64,000 nucleotides of DNA from an uncultured archaeon (GTDB lineage: Archaea; Asgardarchaeota; Thorarchaeia; Thorarchaeales; Thorarchaeaceae): assembly GCA_964558645.1 (NCBI GenBank), contig CAZLEV010000002.1, positions 288,001-352,000 on the forward strand. Reading direction: 5' to 3'. The translations under genes were made by a program, and so were the position numbers. Shown one piece after another: positions 48,575 through 59,148 of this stretch (its first letter is position 1; each line of letters opens with the position of its first letter). The notes under the pieces are model-generated. The model was not told the origin of the DNA and did no database searches. It saw only the letters and a program-made list of their open reading frames with translations.

Positions 48575-50494
48575 CTAGGGCAGCTTCCCAATCTCATCCA
48601 AGTACTCCGCCACGTCGTTGAGACTCAGTTTCTCAAGTGTTTCTCTGGTGGGCCAGCTGGTTTCCTTATCCCATTCGTGGAGTGCATAGTACCTGTCAAG
48701 CATTTGGTCGAGCTCCTCTTGTGAGTTCTTCTCGCCCTTGAGAGGACCTGAAGCTGCACCTTCGTTCATGAGTCGCCACGGGAGATTATCGTGCTCTCGT
48801 GTGGCGCCACGGGTCACATTGAATGCCTTCTCAAGAGTTACTACCCTTCGGCCTGTTTCCATAATCTTGTCTTCATTCATCGGGATACCTGTGGCCGCCT
48901 CAAACAAGCGGGCCATGTTGTCGGGGTTAACACCGTAGGCTGCAGTAGACGTGAACACGCAGAAGCCGAGAGCCTCAGTTATCTCATAGCAGTCCTCGTG
49001 CCAACGCACTATCTCTGCTCTATAGTCAGTGAAATGAGGTGAGGCCCATTTCTTATCACCCGTGAGCTTCTCTATGAGTTCGACCGCCTCTGGGCTTGCC
49101 CCAAACTCAGCAAAGGTCTCAGTCATGAGGTGGTCATTTCCTCTCGGGTTAACGGCGAAAGCTAGAGCGTATGCTTTGGCTGAGCGTGTTTCGACATTTG
49201 ACTGCTCAAGACCCTTAGCATTTATGATTGCCCATTTGTACGAGTCTTGGCCTATCTTTTCGGTGGCTATCTTCAGGCCGTCGGCCAAAAGGTTTCCGAG
49301 CTTGCCTTCTCTCTTGGCAATGGCCTCAATCGTTTTGAGGGTTTCATCAATCTTACCCCAACCAAGGTCGAGTCCGTTAGTGTCCTCCTTCTTCAGGATG
49401 CCTCTCTCATAGCTCTCAATGGCCCATTGTGTGACTGTCCCTGCTGAGATCGTGTCAAGACCAAGCCTGTTGCAGGTTTCGTTGAGAATCAGAACTCCCT
49501 CGGTGCTAATGATGCCCGGCCCGTTGCCCAGCGCACCAAAGGTTTCGTATTCTGGGCCTCCACTAGCAATTCCGGCATTCTCTCCCTGGTCAATTGTGGA
49601 ATACCTGTGACACCCTATGGTACAACCAAAGCAGGCCACTCGTCTCTTGAGATAACCTTGTTCGGTAAGAGCTTGGCCCGTTATGGGATAGACGTTTGGT
49701 GTGTAACCCGTCTGCCAGTTCTTACCTGGGAACGCATGTAGCTCATTGACACCCGCAAGTGAACCAGAAGTGCCGTGTTCGTGTAGGCTAATTGCTCCGC
49801 TGTCGCTTCGCAGGTTCTCTCTCATCTCCTCTGCAGTTTCTGCGAACTTCTTTGGATCCTTAACCTTAACGGGCTTGGTTCCCTTGACCGAGATGGCCTT
49901 CAGCTTCTTCTTGCCCATCACTGCAGCACCACCACCCCTTCCCGCCGCGTGATATACGGAGCAATGGATAGACGCCGCTCGTACTAGATTTTCGCCTGCG
50001 GGACCGATATAGAGACCTTTCGAGTCTTCTCCATGCTTCTTCTTGAGCCATGCGTCTGTTTCAATTATGTCCCGGCCCCATAGTTCCTTTGCGTCAAGTA
50101 TCTCTACGTTGTCATCCTCAATATGAATATAGACTGGCTTGTCTGACTGTCCATGAACCACAAGATGATCATAGCCTGCAAACTTCAATTCGGCCCCCCA
50201 ATGCCCACCAGTATTGCTCTTCAGGTACAATCCAGTCGTACAGCCCACAGTGGTCACGGATGTCCTACCTGATGCCGGAGCAGTCGTTCCCGTGAGTGCA
50301 CCAGGGGCGTAGATGATGACATTTTTCGGGTCGTCCCAAGTAATCCCAGGATCCTTGCAGTAGTCCCAGAGAAGACGTGCATTTATTCCTCTTGAGCCTA
50401 TGTAGAGTTCTCTCCACTCTTGGGGTAGACCTTCCTCCCATATCTTTCCATCGCTTAGGTCGACGTGTAGAATCTTGCCTTGATGTCCGTACAT
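48575..50494 (-). CDS. aor: Aldehyde:ferredoxin oxidoreductase family (tungsten) enzyme
   Basis: IL.VDLS, LKFAGYD, IGPAGE, AGRGG, C.GC.IGC, EYET and GLDTIS motifs. Confidence 0.92.
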   Translation of the reverse strand: MYGHQGKILHVDLSDGKIWEEGLPQEWRELYIGSRGINARLLWDYCKDPGITWDDPKNVIIYAPGALTGTTAPASGRTSVTTVGCTTGLYLKSNTGGHWGAELKFAGYDHLVVHGQSDKPVYIHIEDDNVEILDAKELWGRDIIETDAWLKKKHGEDSKGLYIGPAGENLVRAASIHCSVYHAAGRGGGAAVMGKKKLKAISVKGTKPVKVKDPKKFAETAEEMRENLRSDSGAISLHEHGTSGSLAGVNELHAFPGKNWQTGYTPNVYPITGQALTEQGYLKRRVACFGCTIGCHRYSTIDQGENAGIASGGPEYETFGALGNGPGIISTEGVLILNETCNRLGLDTISAGTVTQWAIESYERGILKKEDTNGLDLGWGKIDETLKTIEAIAKREGKLGNLLADGLKIATEKIGQDSYKWAIINAKGLEQSNVETRSAKAYALAFAVNPRGNDHLMTETFAEFGASPEAVELIEKLTGDKKWASPHFTDYRAEIVRWHEDCYEITEALGFCVFTSTAAYGVNPDNMARLFEAATGIPMNEDKIMETGRRVVTLEKAFNVTRGATREHDNLPWRLMNEGAASGPLKGEKNSQEELDQMLDRYYALHEWDKETSWPTRETLEKLSLNDVAEYLDEIGKLP

Positions 50495-50497
50495 TGC

Positions 50498-50989
50498 TTA
50501 TCTACCCTCCTTCTTCATGTTTCGGTACATAGCCATTCGGGCTGAACGGAGCTTCTTCTTCTGCGTCATTGCTTCTGGAGTTGCATCCACCCAAGTCAAA
50601 GCTTCCGGCACACAGTGTTTCACACAGTAGGGGTCGCCTCCACAGAGGTCGCAGATGAGGGGAACACTGGTTTCTGGATGTAGTCTTATACCATGATAGG
50701 GGCATGCATCAACACACGAACCACATTGTGTGCAGATCTCGGCATCTACAGAGATGATTCCGGTCTTCTCGCTTCGTGAAAGCGCACCCTCTGGACATGA
50801 ATCAATGCATGGATACGCATCACACTGTTCGCAGAGCAGCTGGATGCCCAGGGCGATATCCTCAAACTTCATCACCTTGATTCGCCCGCGGGCTGGGTCA
50901 AAGAGGTCTTCTTTGATAAATGAACATGCGAGGTCACACTGCTTGCAACCCGTGCACTTGTCCATATCAACAAGTAGCAGTTTCTCCAT
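50498..50989 (-). CDS. 4x[4Fe-4S] polyferredoxin subunit associated with AOR
   Basis: Four Cys clusters; CDLCGGDP.CV..C motif. Confidence 0.9.
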   Translation of the reverse strand: MEKLLLVDMDKCTGCKQCDLACSFIKEDLFDPARGRIKVMKFEDIALGIQLLCEQCDAYPCIDSCPEGALSRSEKTGIISVDAEICTQCGSCVDACPYHGIRLHPETSVPLICDLCGGDPYCVKHCVPEALTWVDATPEAMTQKKKLRSARMAMYRNMKKEGR

Positions 50990-51884
50990 TTTGTCATCAG
51001 TCCGTTTCTTAAACTTAGTAATACGCTCACACTTTCACATTTTAATTCTGCCGTTTCCGTCCTGAATGGTTTTACATATCGTGGTCACTATTTCCCAAAG
51101 CCTGTTCTCGAGGGCACTAATAACCTTCTTAGTTTCTGTTACCAAGAGGAATTTCACAGGGATGTTTTGATTAAAGTCTGAATATTAACAATTTGATGTG
51201 CATAACTCAACCAGTCACTCTTGGTACAGATTCAGTCGTATCAACAGCAACTCGACGTTTGGGGTGCGAACCAAGTACGCCCACAGCGAACACGTCAATA
51301 GTGTCAAGTCGGCCTGTGGTGTAGTGCCGAAGGTGACTGAAGACCGAAGGCAGTCCCACCACTACGAGGCGCAAACACATCAGTATTCTGCAAATGCGTA
51401 GACTTAGTACTCGATACCACCTGCCTAGAATTCCTTCGCCCGATGCGTTCCCAACCCCTCAACCACATACTGTGACATCATATTGTGCCTGCGGATGGAA
51501 CAACATAGCAGTCGCCACTCGATGACAAGTCCCTCAACGGTATGGTTTCTCATTACTCGTGCGGCCTCTGTGGCATATTCCTGATTCCAGTATCTGTTGA
51601 GAAAATCGTATCCGATTTCAACACAGGGTACGGACTGTCAGTAAGTTGCTCTCAGAGGAGATTATGGTGCTCAAGGGCTTGGACGGACTCCTCTGCATCA
51701 TCATCTGAAAAGATTGGACATCTAAGAGAATGTGAGTAATGTGACTGGAAGAGTACTGCGATAGCGGTGAAATACAAGAACTGTGAGCGGTGTTATAGCC
51801 TGTACGACATAAGGCCGGTGTTATCTCCGGACCAACTGACATATCAGAATGAGAATAGAGGAAAACAGGATTGTAGAATCCTTC

Positions 51885-52005
51885 ACCAAACCTGCCTACG
51901 TGCCACAGAAGTAGAAACGGCTCTCCGGCAAGACGTAACGCCATGTGCCCTTCCTTCTTTTTCTTTTCTTTCACTCAGCAAGAGGATCCGCTTCTGTCCT
52001 CAGCC
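51885..52005. repeat. Distal scar: rps19 3' remnant plus convergent-gene 3' remnant
   Basis: 51885-51914 translates TKPAYVPQK*; cccttccttctttttcttttctttcactcagc..ctgtcctc resembles 23437-23483. Confidence 0.7.
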
Positions 52006-52194
52006 GGTTCTCTAGGAGGGGAGATTGCAGTATCGCTGATTGAAACCGATGCTGTCAGATGACGGTACAATGCGTCCAACACTTCTGGTCATCTTGCCCA
52101 CATGATAGAGTATGACCTAGTCAACAGAATCTTGTGATTGGAGGATGAGTCCTGTAATTCCAAAGAGTCTTCAGGTACCGGCCCAGTCATCGAA

Positions 52195-52884
52195 ATGACC
52201 ATGAAGATCCAGTTCCTTGGCACACGGGCAAACACGGACCTGTCAGCACCATATCACTCGAAGCACTCAGGTGTGCTTGTTGACGGCACGCTGCTCTTCG
52301 ACTTGGGAGAAAGGGAGTTTCTTGACGAGAGTCCCGCAGCAATCTTCATCACCCACCTTCATCCCGACCATGCGATATTCATCAGAGATAACGTTGAGAT
52401 AGACATCGATGCACCAACTTATGCTCCAGAGGAGTACGAGAAGGGCTTTCCCAAGGTCGTGCCTGAAGAGGTCGAAGTTAAGGGATACCGAATTGTTTCG
52501 ATTCCCACAATCCACAGCAAACTCGTCAAATCCAGTGCCTATCTTATCGAGTCTGATACGAGGGTCCTTTACACCGGAGACATGGTCTGGATTGAGAAGG
52601 AGTATCACGACGGACTTGAAGAGCTTGATCTGGTCATCACAGATGGGAGCTTCATCAGGAAGGGAGGCTTCATCATGAGCGACGGGGAGAGTGTCTGGGG
52701 ACACAATGGAATCGGCAAACTGGTCGGCCTGTTTGGTGACTTCACTGACCACATCATCTTCACGCATCTCGGGAGCTGGTTCTATGATGACCCAAGAGAG
52801 GCCCGTAGGAAACTGCGAAGACTCTCGGACAGCATCAAGATTGAGGCTGCATACGATGGAATGGAAGTTATCGTGGGTGACTGA
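52195..52884 (+). CDS. MBL-fold metallo-hydrolase
   Basis: FLGT, LFDLG, THLHPDHA and YTGD motifs. Confidence 0.88.
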   Translation: MTMKIQFLGTRANTDLSAPYHSKHSGVLVDGTLLFDLGEREFLDESPAAIFITHLHPDHAIFIRDNVEIDIDAPTYAPEEYEKGFPKVVPEEVEVKGYRIVSIPTIHSKLVKSSAYLIESDTRVLYTGDMVWIEKEYHDGLEELDLVITDGSFIRKGGFIMSDGESVWGHNGIGKLVGLFGDFTDHIIFTHLGSWFYDDPREARRKLRRLSDSIKIEAAYDGMEVIVGD

Positions 52885-52918
52885 TGCTCAAAGACATCCA
52901 CAAGGCTCACCCCATGGG

Positions 52919-53656
52919 TCAATCGTTGTACGAGAAATCAACCGTCTTTCCATCACAACCGACAAGAATCTGAAATGCTGAACCCGTCCGTTTTCCTCCC
53001 AGTCCCCCAAGATACGGTTCTCGGTCAGCCGGTTCAACAGGCCCTTCAAAGATGGCACGCTTCATGCACATCATTGCCAGATCGTGTGTGATATGAAGGT
53101 GAGTTTCCGGTGAATCAGTGTCGCGCAGCCGTCCGAAGGTATCTCGAAGTAGGCGAGGGATGTACTCATCAAACGGCTCCATCCTCTCTCCGAACCGTCC
53201 CTCTGCCCAGTGATTCACGAACTGGGTGACATTCTCTCCGTCAGGATGCAGATTGGTCCAGACCTCCTTCTCACTCACATGGGGGCCCATCAGAACCGAT
53301 AGGGCCTCGATGTCGCTGACAGTCCCACCACTCTCGGAAATGCCCTCAGCTATGGCCTCAGCAGTCTGGAAGCTTCGGGGAACGATACTTGTGAACACAC
53401 GGTAGGGTCTGTCCATCGGAAGCCGTCGTCCCATCTCCCTAGAGAGATGCTTTCCAATCTCTGTCAGTTCGCCGGTAACCATGGTGTCCATATCATCAAT
53501 CTGATCACGATGAGAATGTCTCAAGAATAACAGCAATGGAAACCCGGACGAGGATGTGCGCGCCCACTCCACGATTCTTTGCCCACTGTACAACCAGTCA
53601 GCCGCTTTCCATTCATCCATGGCTTGGCACCTATAGTGTCCGCACTCTCGCACCAC
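52919..53656 (-). CDS. Histidine phosphatase family protein
   Basis: LRHS, LT..G, TS...R..QTA and ITHD motifs; start uncertain. Confidence 0.8.
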   Translation of the reverse strand: MVRECGHYRCQAMDEWKAADWLYSGQRIVEWARTSSSGFPLLLFLRHSHRDQIDDMDTMVTGELTEIGKHLSREMGRRLPMDRPYRVFTSIVPRSFQTAEAIAEGISESGGTVSDIEALSVLMGPHVSEKEVWTNLHPDGENVTQFVNHWAEGRFGERMEPFDEYIPRLLRDTFGRLRDTDSPETHLHITHDLAMMCMKRAIFEGPVEPADREPYLGGLGGKRTGSAFQILVGCDGKTVDFSYND

Positions 53657-54075
53657 GGATAAACCTAGCTACTTAGGCTTGAAACGACTATTGACACGGT
53701 AGAACATGTTCCACGTGTTGTTCTGCTGCCAGAGCAAGGACTCTTATCCAGCTTCTGCGGTATGCATCGAAGAGAGTTGATGGGGTGTTTCGAAGACGAG
53801 AACGAATACCGAGAGCTCAGGGAGTGCCCATTTAGAAAAGAGATGTATCGCCAATGCCTGCATGTTCTGGACTGCTGTTGACGCACGGTCTGGCTACTGC
53901 AACTTCAATGCAATGAGAAACTCAATAAGAACGATGGAAACTGCCGCGGTCTGCGTTGCGTTCATGCTTTTCACCTTGATTATCCTGATATTGAGTCCAG
54001 CTGCCTGAGCGGACGCTCCAACCGACTCGTATCGCCTCGAAGAGATTATATCGCACTCTGCAAATCCGTTGTGCC

Positions 54076-54657
54076 ATGCAATTGGCACCCATAGACCTTG
54101 TCTTCATGATTGGCGACTACGCAGTATCAGTCGTTCTCATCCTGCTCTTCATCTATTTGTATAGAAGTGGACGGATCGATCGGGCACTCTACTATGCATT
54201 TTGGATCGGTTGCCTCATAGGAGCAACCTGGGAGTTCACATTCATGTTTCTGGGACCCGATTTTGCGTACTCGGTCAATCCTTGGCCCTTTGGCCTCAGC
54301 GGATGGCCGAAGAAACTGAGCCACTCCATCTGGGACGGAGGCATCTTCATGGTGGGTGTCTGGCTCTCTCAAAGACTACTCTCCAAAAGACCTCTCTTCA
54401 CATCATTTGACTGGAGGGAGTTGGCTATCATGGAGAGCTGGGGAGTGTTTCAAGGCTTCCTCGTAGAGTATCTCTTTGTGGGTCGTGTGTGGTTCTATGT
54501 GCCACTTCCATGGAACCCCGTCATCATCCCGCCACTCCCGGGCGGGGCAAGCGAGGTCGGCTACACCCTGATCCCACAACTGGTCTGGACAGTCGCCCCG
54601 ATAGTCTTCTATCTGGCATTGCTCTGGCTGAGGCAGAGATATCCACCCGAGGCATAG
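54076..54657 (+). CDS. Integral membrane protein
   Basis: About five TM helices with polar WE, HS.WD and VE residues. Confidence 0.75.
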   Translation: MQLAPIDLVFMIGDYAVSVVLILLFIYLYRSGRIDRALYYAFWIGCLIGATWEFTFMFLGPDFAYSVNPWPFGLSGWPKKLSHSIWDGGIFMVGVWLSQRLLSKRPLFTSFDWRELAIMESWGVFQGFLVEYLFVGRVWFYVPLPWNPVIIPPLPGGASEVGYTLIPQLVWTVAPIVFYLALLWLRQRYPPEA

Positions 54658-54673
54658 TTTCACGTCGGGTCTA

Positions 54674-54919
54674 TCACGTAATAGACTGTTGTGATTCTAT
54701 CCACCTCAGATAGAGGCCGTATAGAACGAGAATCAGACCGATTGGTATCAACGCTAGGAAAACAGTACCCGCAATTACGGCAACTGGTGGGGGTATTTCC
54801 CCGGGCTCTGGCATAACAGCCTGGTAGAATAGCCAGATTACAACTTGGTTCAACAGAAATCCTAGAACAATCAGGATGACTCCTACTGTCACATATTTCG
54901 AAGAACGTCTCAATTCCAT
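54674..54919 (-). CDS. Small two-TM membrane protein
   Basis: Two hydrophobic helices. Confidence 0.65.
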   Translation of the reverse strand: MELRRSSKYVTVGVILIVLGFLLNQVVIWLFYQAVMPEPGEIPPPVAVIAGTVFLALIPIGLILVLYGLYLRWIESQQSIT

Positions 54920-55007
54920 TTCTCCATACTCAGCATAGGCTATCTCGCTTTATGGTAATCAGTCTACTTCTTGAACGTGTCAGACGTTCACCTAGACTGT
55001 GCAGGAG

Positions 55008-55382
55008 TCACTGTGACAGAAACGACGGTTCTGAGATGTTGAATGCATCACGAACTCTCGGTGTGAGAAGATAGACTGTGACCACTGCAGCCCAGATTGC
55101 TGACAGACTAGGCAGAAATCCCAGGGCGGCAGCGACGATTGCAATCAGATTGTGCCCTATTCCTGCAAACCAACCCCATGTCTTTATCTTGGCAAGTCCC
55201 AATCCGATACAGATGGGCACTGCCACAAAGGCTGCTAGGTACACGAACCACGCAAAGGTCAGAAAAGTGGGGTTATACACTATGGCCCAACCAAGGCCGA
55301 AAGCATAAACGATTATCAACTGGAGGGCAGACAGGATATAAAGCACACCCAGAATCTTCGGACCCTCAATTTCCTCGGACAT
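55008..55382 (-). CDS. Small four-TM membrane protein
   Basis: GL.K.K.WGW...YLL.PRVR.AF pattern. Confidence 0.7.
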   Translation of the reverse strand: MSEEIEGPKILGVLYILSALQLIIVYAFGLGWAIVYNPTFLTFAWFVYLAAFVAVPICIGLGLAKIKTWGWFAGIGHNLIAIVAAALGFLPSLSAIWAAVVTVYLLTPRVRDAFNISEPSFLSQ

Positions 55383-55632
55383 TTAGATATCTCCGTTATC
55401 AAATGCATAGTTATGGATTTAATCCTTTGTACGAGTGGCACGGTCTCACAGAATTGGTCAAGTCCCGTTTCTGAACGAATGTCACTCTGTTGTCCAAGTA
55501 TGTCCATCCAAAGGTGAGCGGTATGAGCGCTCCACTATAACAAGACGGCACACATCTGTAGACCTGCTTCCCAAAGGGCACATTTGAAGTCCGGCTCTTT
55601 CACTCACCGGACTCCGTTCCAACTGATTTGAT

Positions 55633-58600
55633 TCACGCCTTTGTCCAGCTGTCTGAGGTTTCCACATTCGAGGCAGAGTCATACTCATATCCCGTACCAG
55701 AGAGATTGGTCACCGTGAAGATATACTCGCCTGACAGAAGGGGTTGATTGGGTCGGAACTGGTACGTGAATGTGATCACACCATTTGCGTCTGTCTGTCC
55801 CGAATACTGCTCCACTGCGCCACTTGGAGTAGTGAGTTCCCCGGTGACGGTAACACCCTCTGCCGGAGTCCCTTCCGCATCAACTACTTCGATTGTGATG
55901 TCAAGATACTCTGTACGTCCATTTGATGAGTAGTGAGTCGAGAAGCTGATACTCTGTACATGAATATATACTGGCGAGGGGGACTGTCCCGCGTTGCTTG
56001 AACCTGGAGTTGGAGACGTGAAGGTGGTCCATGTGTCGCCGCCGTCAGTTTCTCTTCCGTAGCTCACATCGTCACTAGATGAGGAGTAGGAATACGAATC
56101 GATGACAGTTGTGCCATCAGGTCTGAGAAAGTTGACAGTGTCGCCGTCGTTGTTCAAATAGATGCCGGTGGTGCTCTGATAGAAGACTACGAATCCGAAA
56201 GCCGGAATCGTCGTTCCCGAGGGGATCGTATACGACGCCGTTCCGCCGTTCGTGATATCGTCCAGAACATAACCTGAAACATCCACTTCTACATCGAGAG
56301 GATTGTAGAGCTCAATCCATTCCTCTGAATAGAGTGAATACGGGTCGGGGAGAAATTCGTTGATGACAACAGAGTCTGCCAATGAACTCGTTCCGCCGTT
56401 GGATTCGCCGGGAGTTGGTGAGTCAAAGGTAGTCCATGTAGAAGACCCATCAGTCTCACGGCCATAGCTCACATCATCGCTCGATGAGGAGTAGGAATAC
56501 GAATCGATGACGGTGGTTCCATCGGGTCTCAGATAGTTGACGGTGTCACCGTCGTTGTTCAGCCCAATACCTGTGGTGCTTTGATAGAAGACGACAAATC
56601 CGAATGCAGGAATCATAGTTCCGGCAGGTATTGTGTATGGATTGGTGCCACCGGTAGTTATGTCATCCAATACATAACCCGAAAGGTCTACCTCTACGTC
56701 AAGAGGATTGTAGAGCTCAATCCATTCCTCTGAATAAAGTGAATACGGGTCGGGGAGAAACTCATTGAGGACAATCGAATCAGCTAGAGAGCCTGTTCCG
56801 CTGTTGGACTCACCTGGTGTCGGTGATGTGAAAGTTGTCCAGGTGTCGCCGCCGTCAATTTCTCGTCCGTAGCTAACGTCGTCAGAGGATGAAGAATAGC
56901 TGTACGAATCCTGAACCGTGAAGCCATCTGGCTGAATCAGGTTGACATCGTCACCAGCATTGTTGAGGCCCACACCAGTGGTGCTCTGATAGAATACTAA
57001 GAAACCATATCCGGGGATGACTGTGCCATCAGGAATGGTATACGGATTAGTGCCACCATCTATGAGATCGTCAACGATGTATCCTGACAGGTCAGCCTCA
57101 AGCTCTTGGGGATTGTAGAGCTCAATCCATTCCTCGCTGTAGAGAGAGTAGGGATCAGGCAAGAATTCATTCAAAACCACAAGGTCAGAAGAACCGCCCT
57201 GATTGGTCGTGGCAGTAGCTGGCTCGGATTTAGGTCCCTCGTTCAGACTAGTATCACGAGCGGATACCTCGTAGACATAAGTGGTTGCAGAATCAAGTCC
57301 GGTGTCACTGTAGCTGGTCCCGTATGCCTGTGCAATGAGAACACCGTCACGGTAGATTCTGTAGTGGGATAGGTCACCCTCTGTGTTAGGATCCCAAGAC
57401 AGATCGATTCTCGACATACTGACAGTCTGAGCAGTTAGACCAGTGACCTGAGCTGGAGGGGTCGTATCAGGTTCGCTAGTCGAGTTCCAGCTTATGAACG
57501 CATCCACACTGTAGTGGTCTGACCCTGTGTCTGCAGTTGGTGTGTCGCCACAGGTCGAATTGATGAGCTTGTCTGCGAAGAATGAGTTTACAACAATGAA
57601 GTCAATGCGGGAGGTATACTCCGGGCTCTGATGGCCATAGGAATAACCGGGGTCGGTCGGATTCAGGGTCCGGAAGACGTCTATGAAGGTATGCAGCGAA
57701 GAGGCATACTGACCGTATGTTGGATCTGATGGATAGAGCTTCATCGTCATCGGTCCATATCCGAGATCACCCATCGGGGCCAAGTCACCTGTGTCATCAG
57801 GAGAGAATGAGTTCAAGTCGCCCATGTATATGATGGGCACGTCGCCCAGATTATCCATATAGTTGATAATTCCCTCAGTCTCACGTTCCCTGCGCCACTC
57901 GTTTTCGCTTCCTGACATAGCCTTCAGGTGGGAACCGAAGACATGGATGTATGTGCCGTCGATATCAACCACTGCCTCAATGAAGTCATGGGTGACATCA
58001 TAGTCTGATCCATCATCCAGTGGGACCAAGGGTAGCTGATTGAACTCTAGAACGGGATATCTCGAGAGAATGGCCTCCCCACTTGTGGAATATGTAATAT
58101 CTTGAGCGCAATATCCAACGTATGGAATCTCGTCAACAAAGTAGGCATTGAACTCGTCAACAACTGAGTTGAGCGTGTAATTGCCACCATCATCCCATGT
58201 GCCAGTCTCAACCAGAATGAGGATATCGGGGTTCTCCTCCTTTACTACCTGCTTCCAGTCAGCATTTGCACCGGAGGCCTCGATGTTGTAGGTCATCACC
58301 TTGAATGCATCGTCGGTGGGCTCTGATGACCCAGAGTTGTCCACCGTTACGGTCACCGAGTCTGAGCCTGTGAGGCCACCAGTATCTGTGACCTCAGCGA
58401 AGACGAGATGACCGCCATCAGAATAAGACGTAGTGTCCCAATCGTAGCTGAAAGCAGTGGCAACATAGATGTCGTCGATGTAAATGTCGGGCACAAGCGA
58501 GTCTTCGTCATCCACAGTGACGGTCACAGTGACGGTCCCTGAAACGATAGAAGACTGAGCCGGGTTTGTGATTGTGACTGTGGGTGCTGAGTTCTGAGCG

Positions 58601-58959
58601 CCGTTATCAACTGTGACGGTGATTGAGTCCTCGCCCCAGTTCTTTGAGTTATCACGAGCACGGCAGGTGATTGAGTGTACAGCATCGGCCTCTTGGGTTG
58701 TATCCCAATCATACGATTGAGCTGACCCGCGAAGAACACCGTCGATCAGAATCTCATACTCTACCACAGGATTCTCATCGGTTGCAGTGAAGGAAACCGT
58801 GACCAAGCCAGACACATATGTCCCGTCAGAGGGGGAAGTTATTGTGACTATCGGGGGCGTGGTGTCCTTTGGTGGTCTTGCTGCAAGAATCGGAAGTGTG
58901 TATGCTAGTGTCAACAAGAAACAGAATCCCAGTATGATACAGGTTTTCTTAATCCTCAA
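55633..58959 (-). CDS. Secreted modular EEP nuclease/phosphatase: 2 Ig-like, EEP, FN3, 3 lamin-tail domains, C-terminal Ig-like
   Basis: Signal peptide; MTYNI, ILSRYP, MGDLNS, RIDFI and SDH EEP motifs; three NEFLPDP..EWIELYN...TPG.SN repeats. Confidence 0.9.
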   Translation of the reverse strand: MRIKKTCIILGFCFLLTLAYTLPILAARPPKDTTPPIVTITSPSDGTYVSGLVTVSFTATDENPVVEYEILIDGVLRGSAQSYDWDTTQEADAVHSITCRARDNSKNWGEDSITVTVDNGAQNSAPTVTITNPAQSSIVSGTVTVTVTVDDEDSLVPDIYIDDIYVATAFSYDWDTTSYSDGGHLVFAEVTDTGGLTGSDSVTVTVDNSGSSEPTDDAFKVMTYNIEASGANADWKQVVKEENPDILILVETGTWDDGGNYTLNSVVDEFNAYFVDEIPYVGYCAQDITYSTSGEAILSRYPVLEFNQLPLVPLDDGSDYDVTHDFIEAVVDIDGTYIHVFGSHLKAMSGSENEWRRERETEGIINYMDNLGDVPIIYMGDLNSFSPDDTGDLAPMGDLGYGPMTMKLYPSDPTYGQYASSLHTFIDVFRTLNPTDPGYSYGHQSPEYTSRIDFIVVNSFFADKLINSTCGDTPTADTGSDHYSVDAFISWNSTSEPDTTPPAQVTGLTAQTVSMSRIDLSWDPNTEGDLSHYRIYRDGVLIAQAYGTSYSDTGLDSATTYVYEVSARDTSLNEGPKSEPATATTNQGGSSDLVVLNEFLPDPYSLYSEEWIELYNPQELEADLSGYIVDDLIDGGTNPYTIPDGTVIPGYGFLVFYQSTTGVGLNNAGDDVNLIQPDGFTVQDSYSYSSSSDDVSYGREIDGGDTWTTFTSPTPGESNSGTGSLADSIVLNEFLPDPYSLYSEEWIELYNPLDVEVDLSGYVLDDITTGGTNPYTIPAGTMIPAFGFVVFYQSTTGIGLNNDGDTVNYLRPDGTTVIDSYSYSSSSDDVSYGRETDGSSTWTTFDSPTPGESNGGTSSLADSVVINEFLPDPYSLYSEEWIELYNPLDVEVDVSGYVLDDITNGGTASYTIPSGTTIPAFGFVVFYQSTTGIYLNNDGDTVNFLRPDGTTVIDSYSYSSSSDDVSYGRETDGGDTWTTFTSPTPGSSNAGQSPSPVYIHVQSISFSTHYSSNGRTEYLDITIEVVDAEGTPAEGVTVTGELTTPSGAVEQYSGQTDANGVITFTYQFRPNQPLLSGEYIFTVTNLSGTGYEYDSASNVETSDSWTKA
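55990..57185 (-). repeat. Three tandem 405-bp lamin-tail-domain coding repeats
   Basis: Equivalent positions at 56341, 56746 and 57151 give an exact 405-bp period with high nucleotide identity. Confidence 0.9.
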
Positions 58960-59148
58960 TGTATTATCTCCACAATATCTACGAAATACCTGTAACTCGC
59001 CACTGTATGGTCAGTATTAAATCTTGGTTGACCTCTACGTCGCCCCGCCCTGTTTGGCGCGAAGTAGGATAGTTCCATCACTGCCAAAACAACATCAGCT
59101 GAACAGATACAGCCAAGCTCTTATCTCCTGAAACGCCATCGAACAGGT

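Noticed and set aside
53715-53770. Possible further gene-3 tip (cttatcc...tgcatcga)
   Set aside because: Similarity is too fragmentary.
55990-57185. Lamin-tail domains as evidence of a nuclear-lamin homologue
   Set aside because: LTDs are widespread in secreted prokaryotic hydrolases; there is no coiled-coil rod and the protein has a signal peptide.
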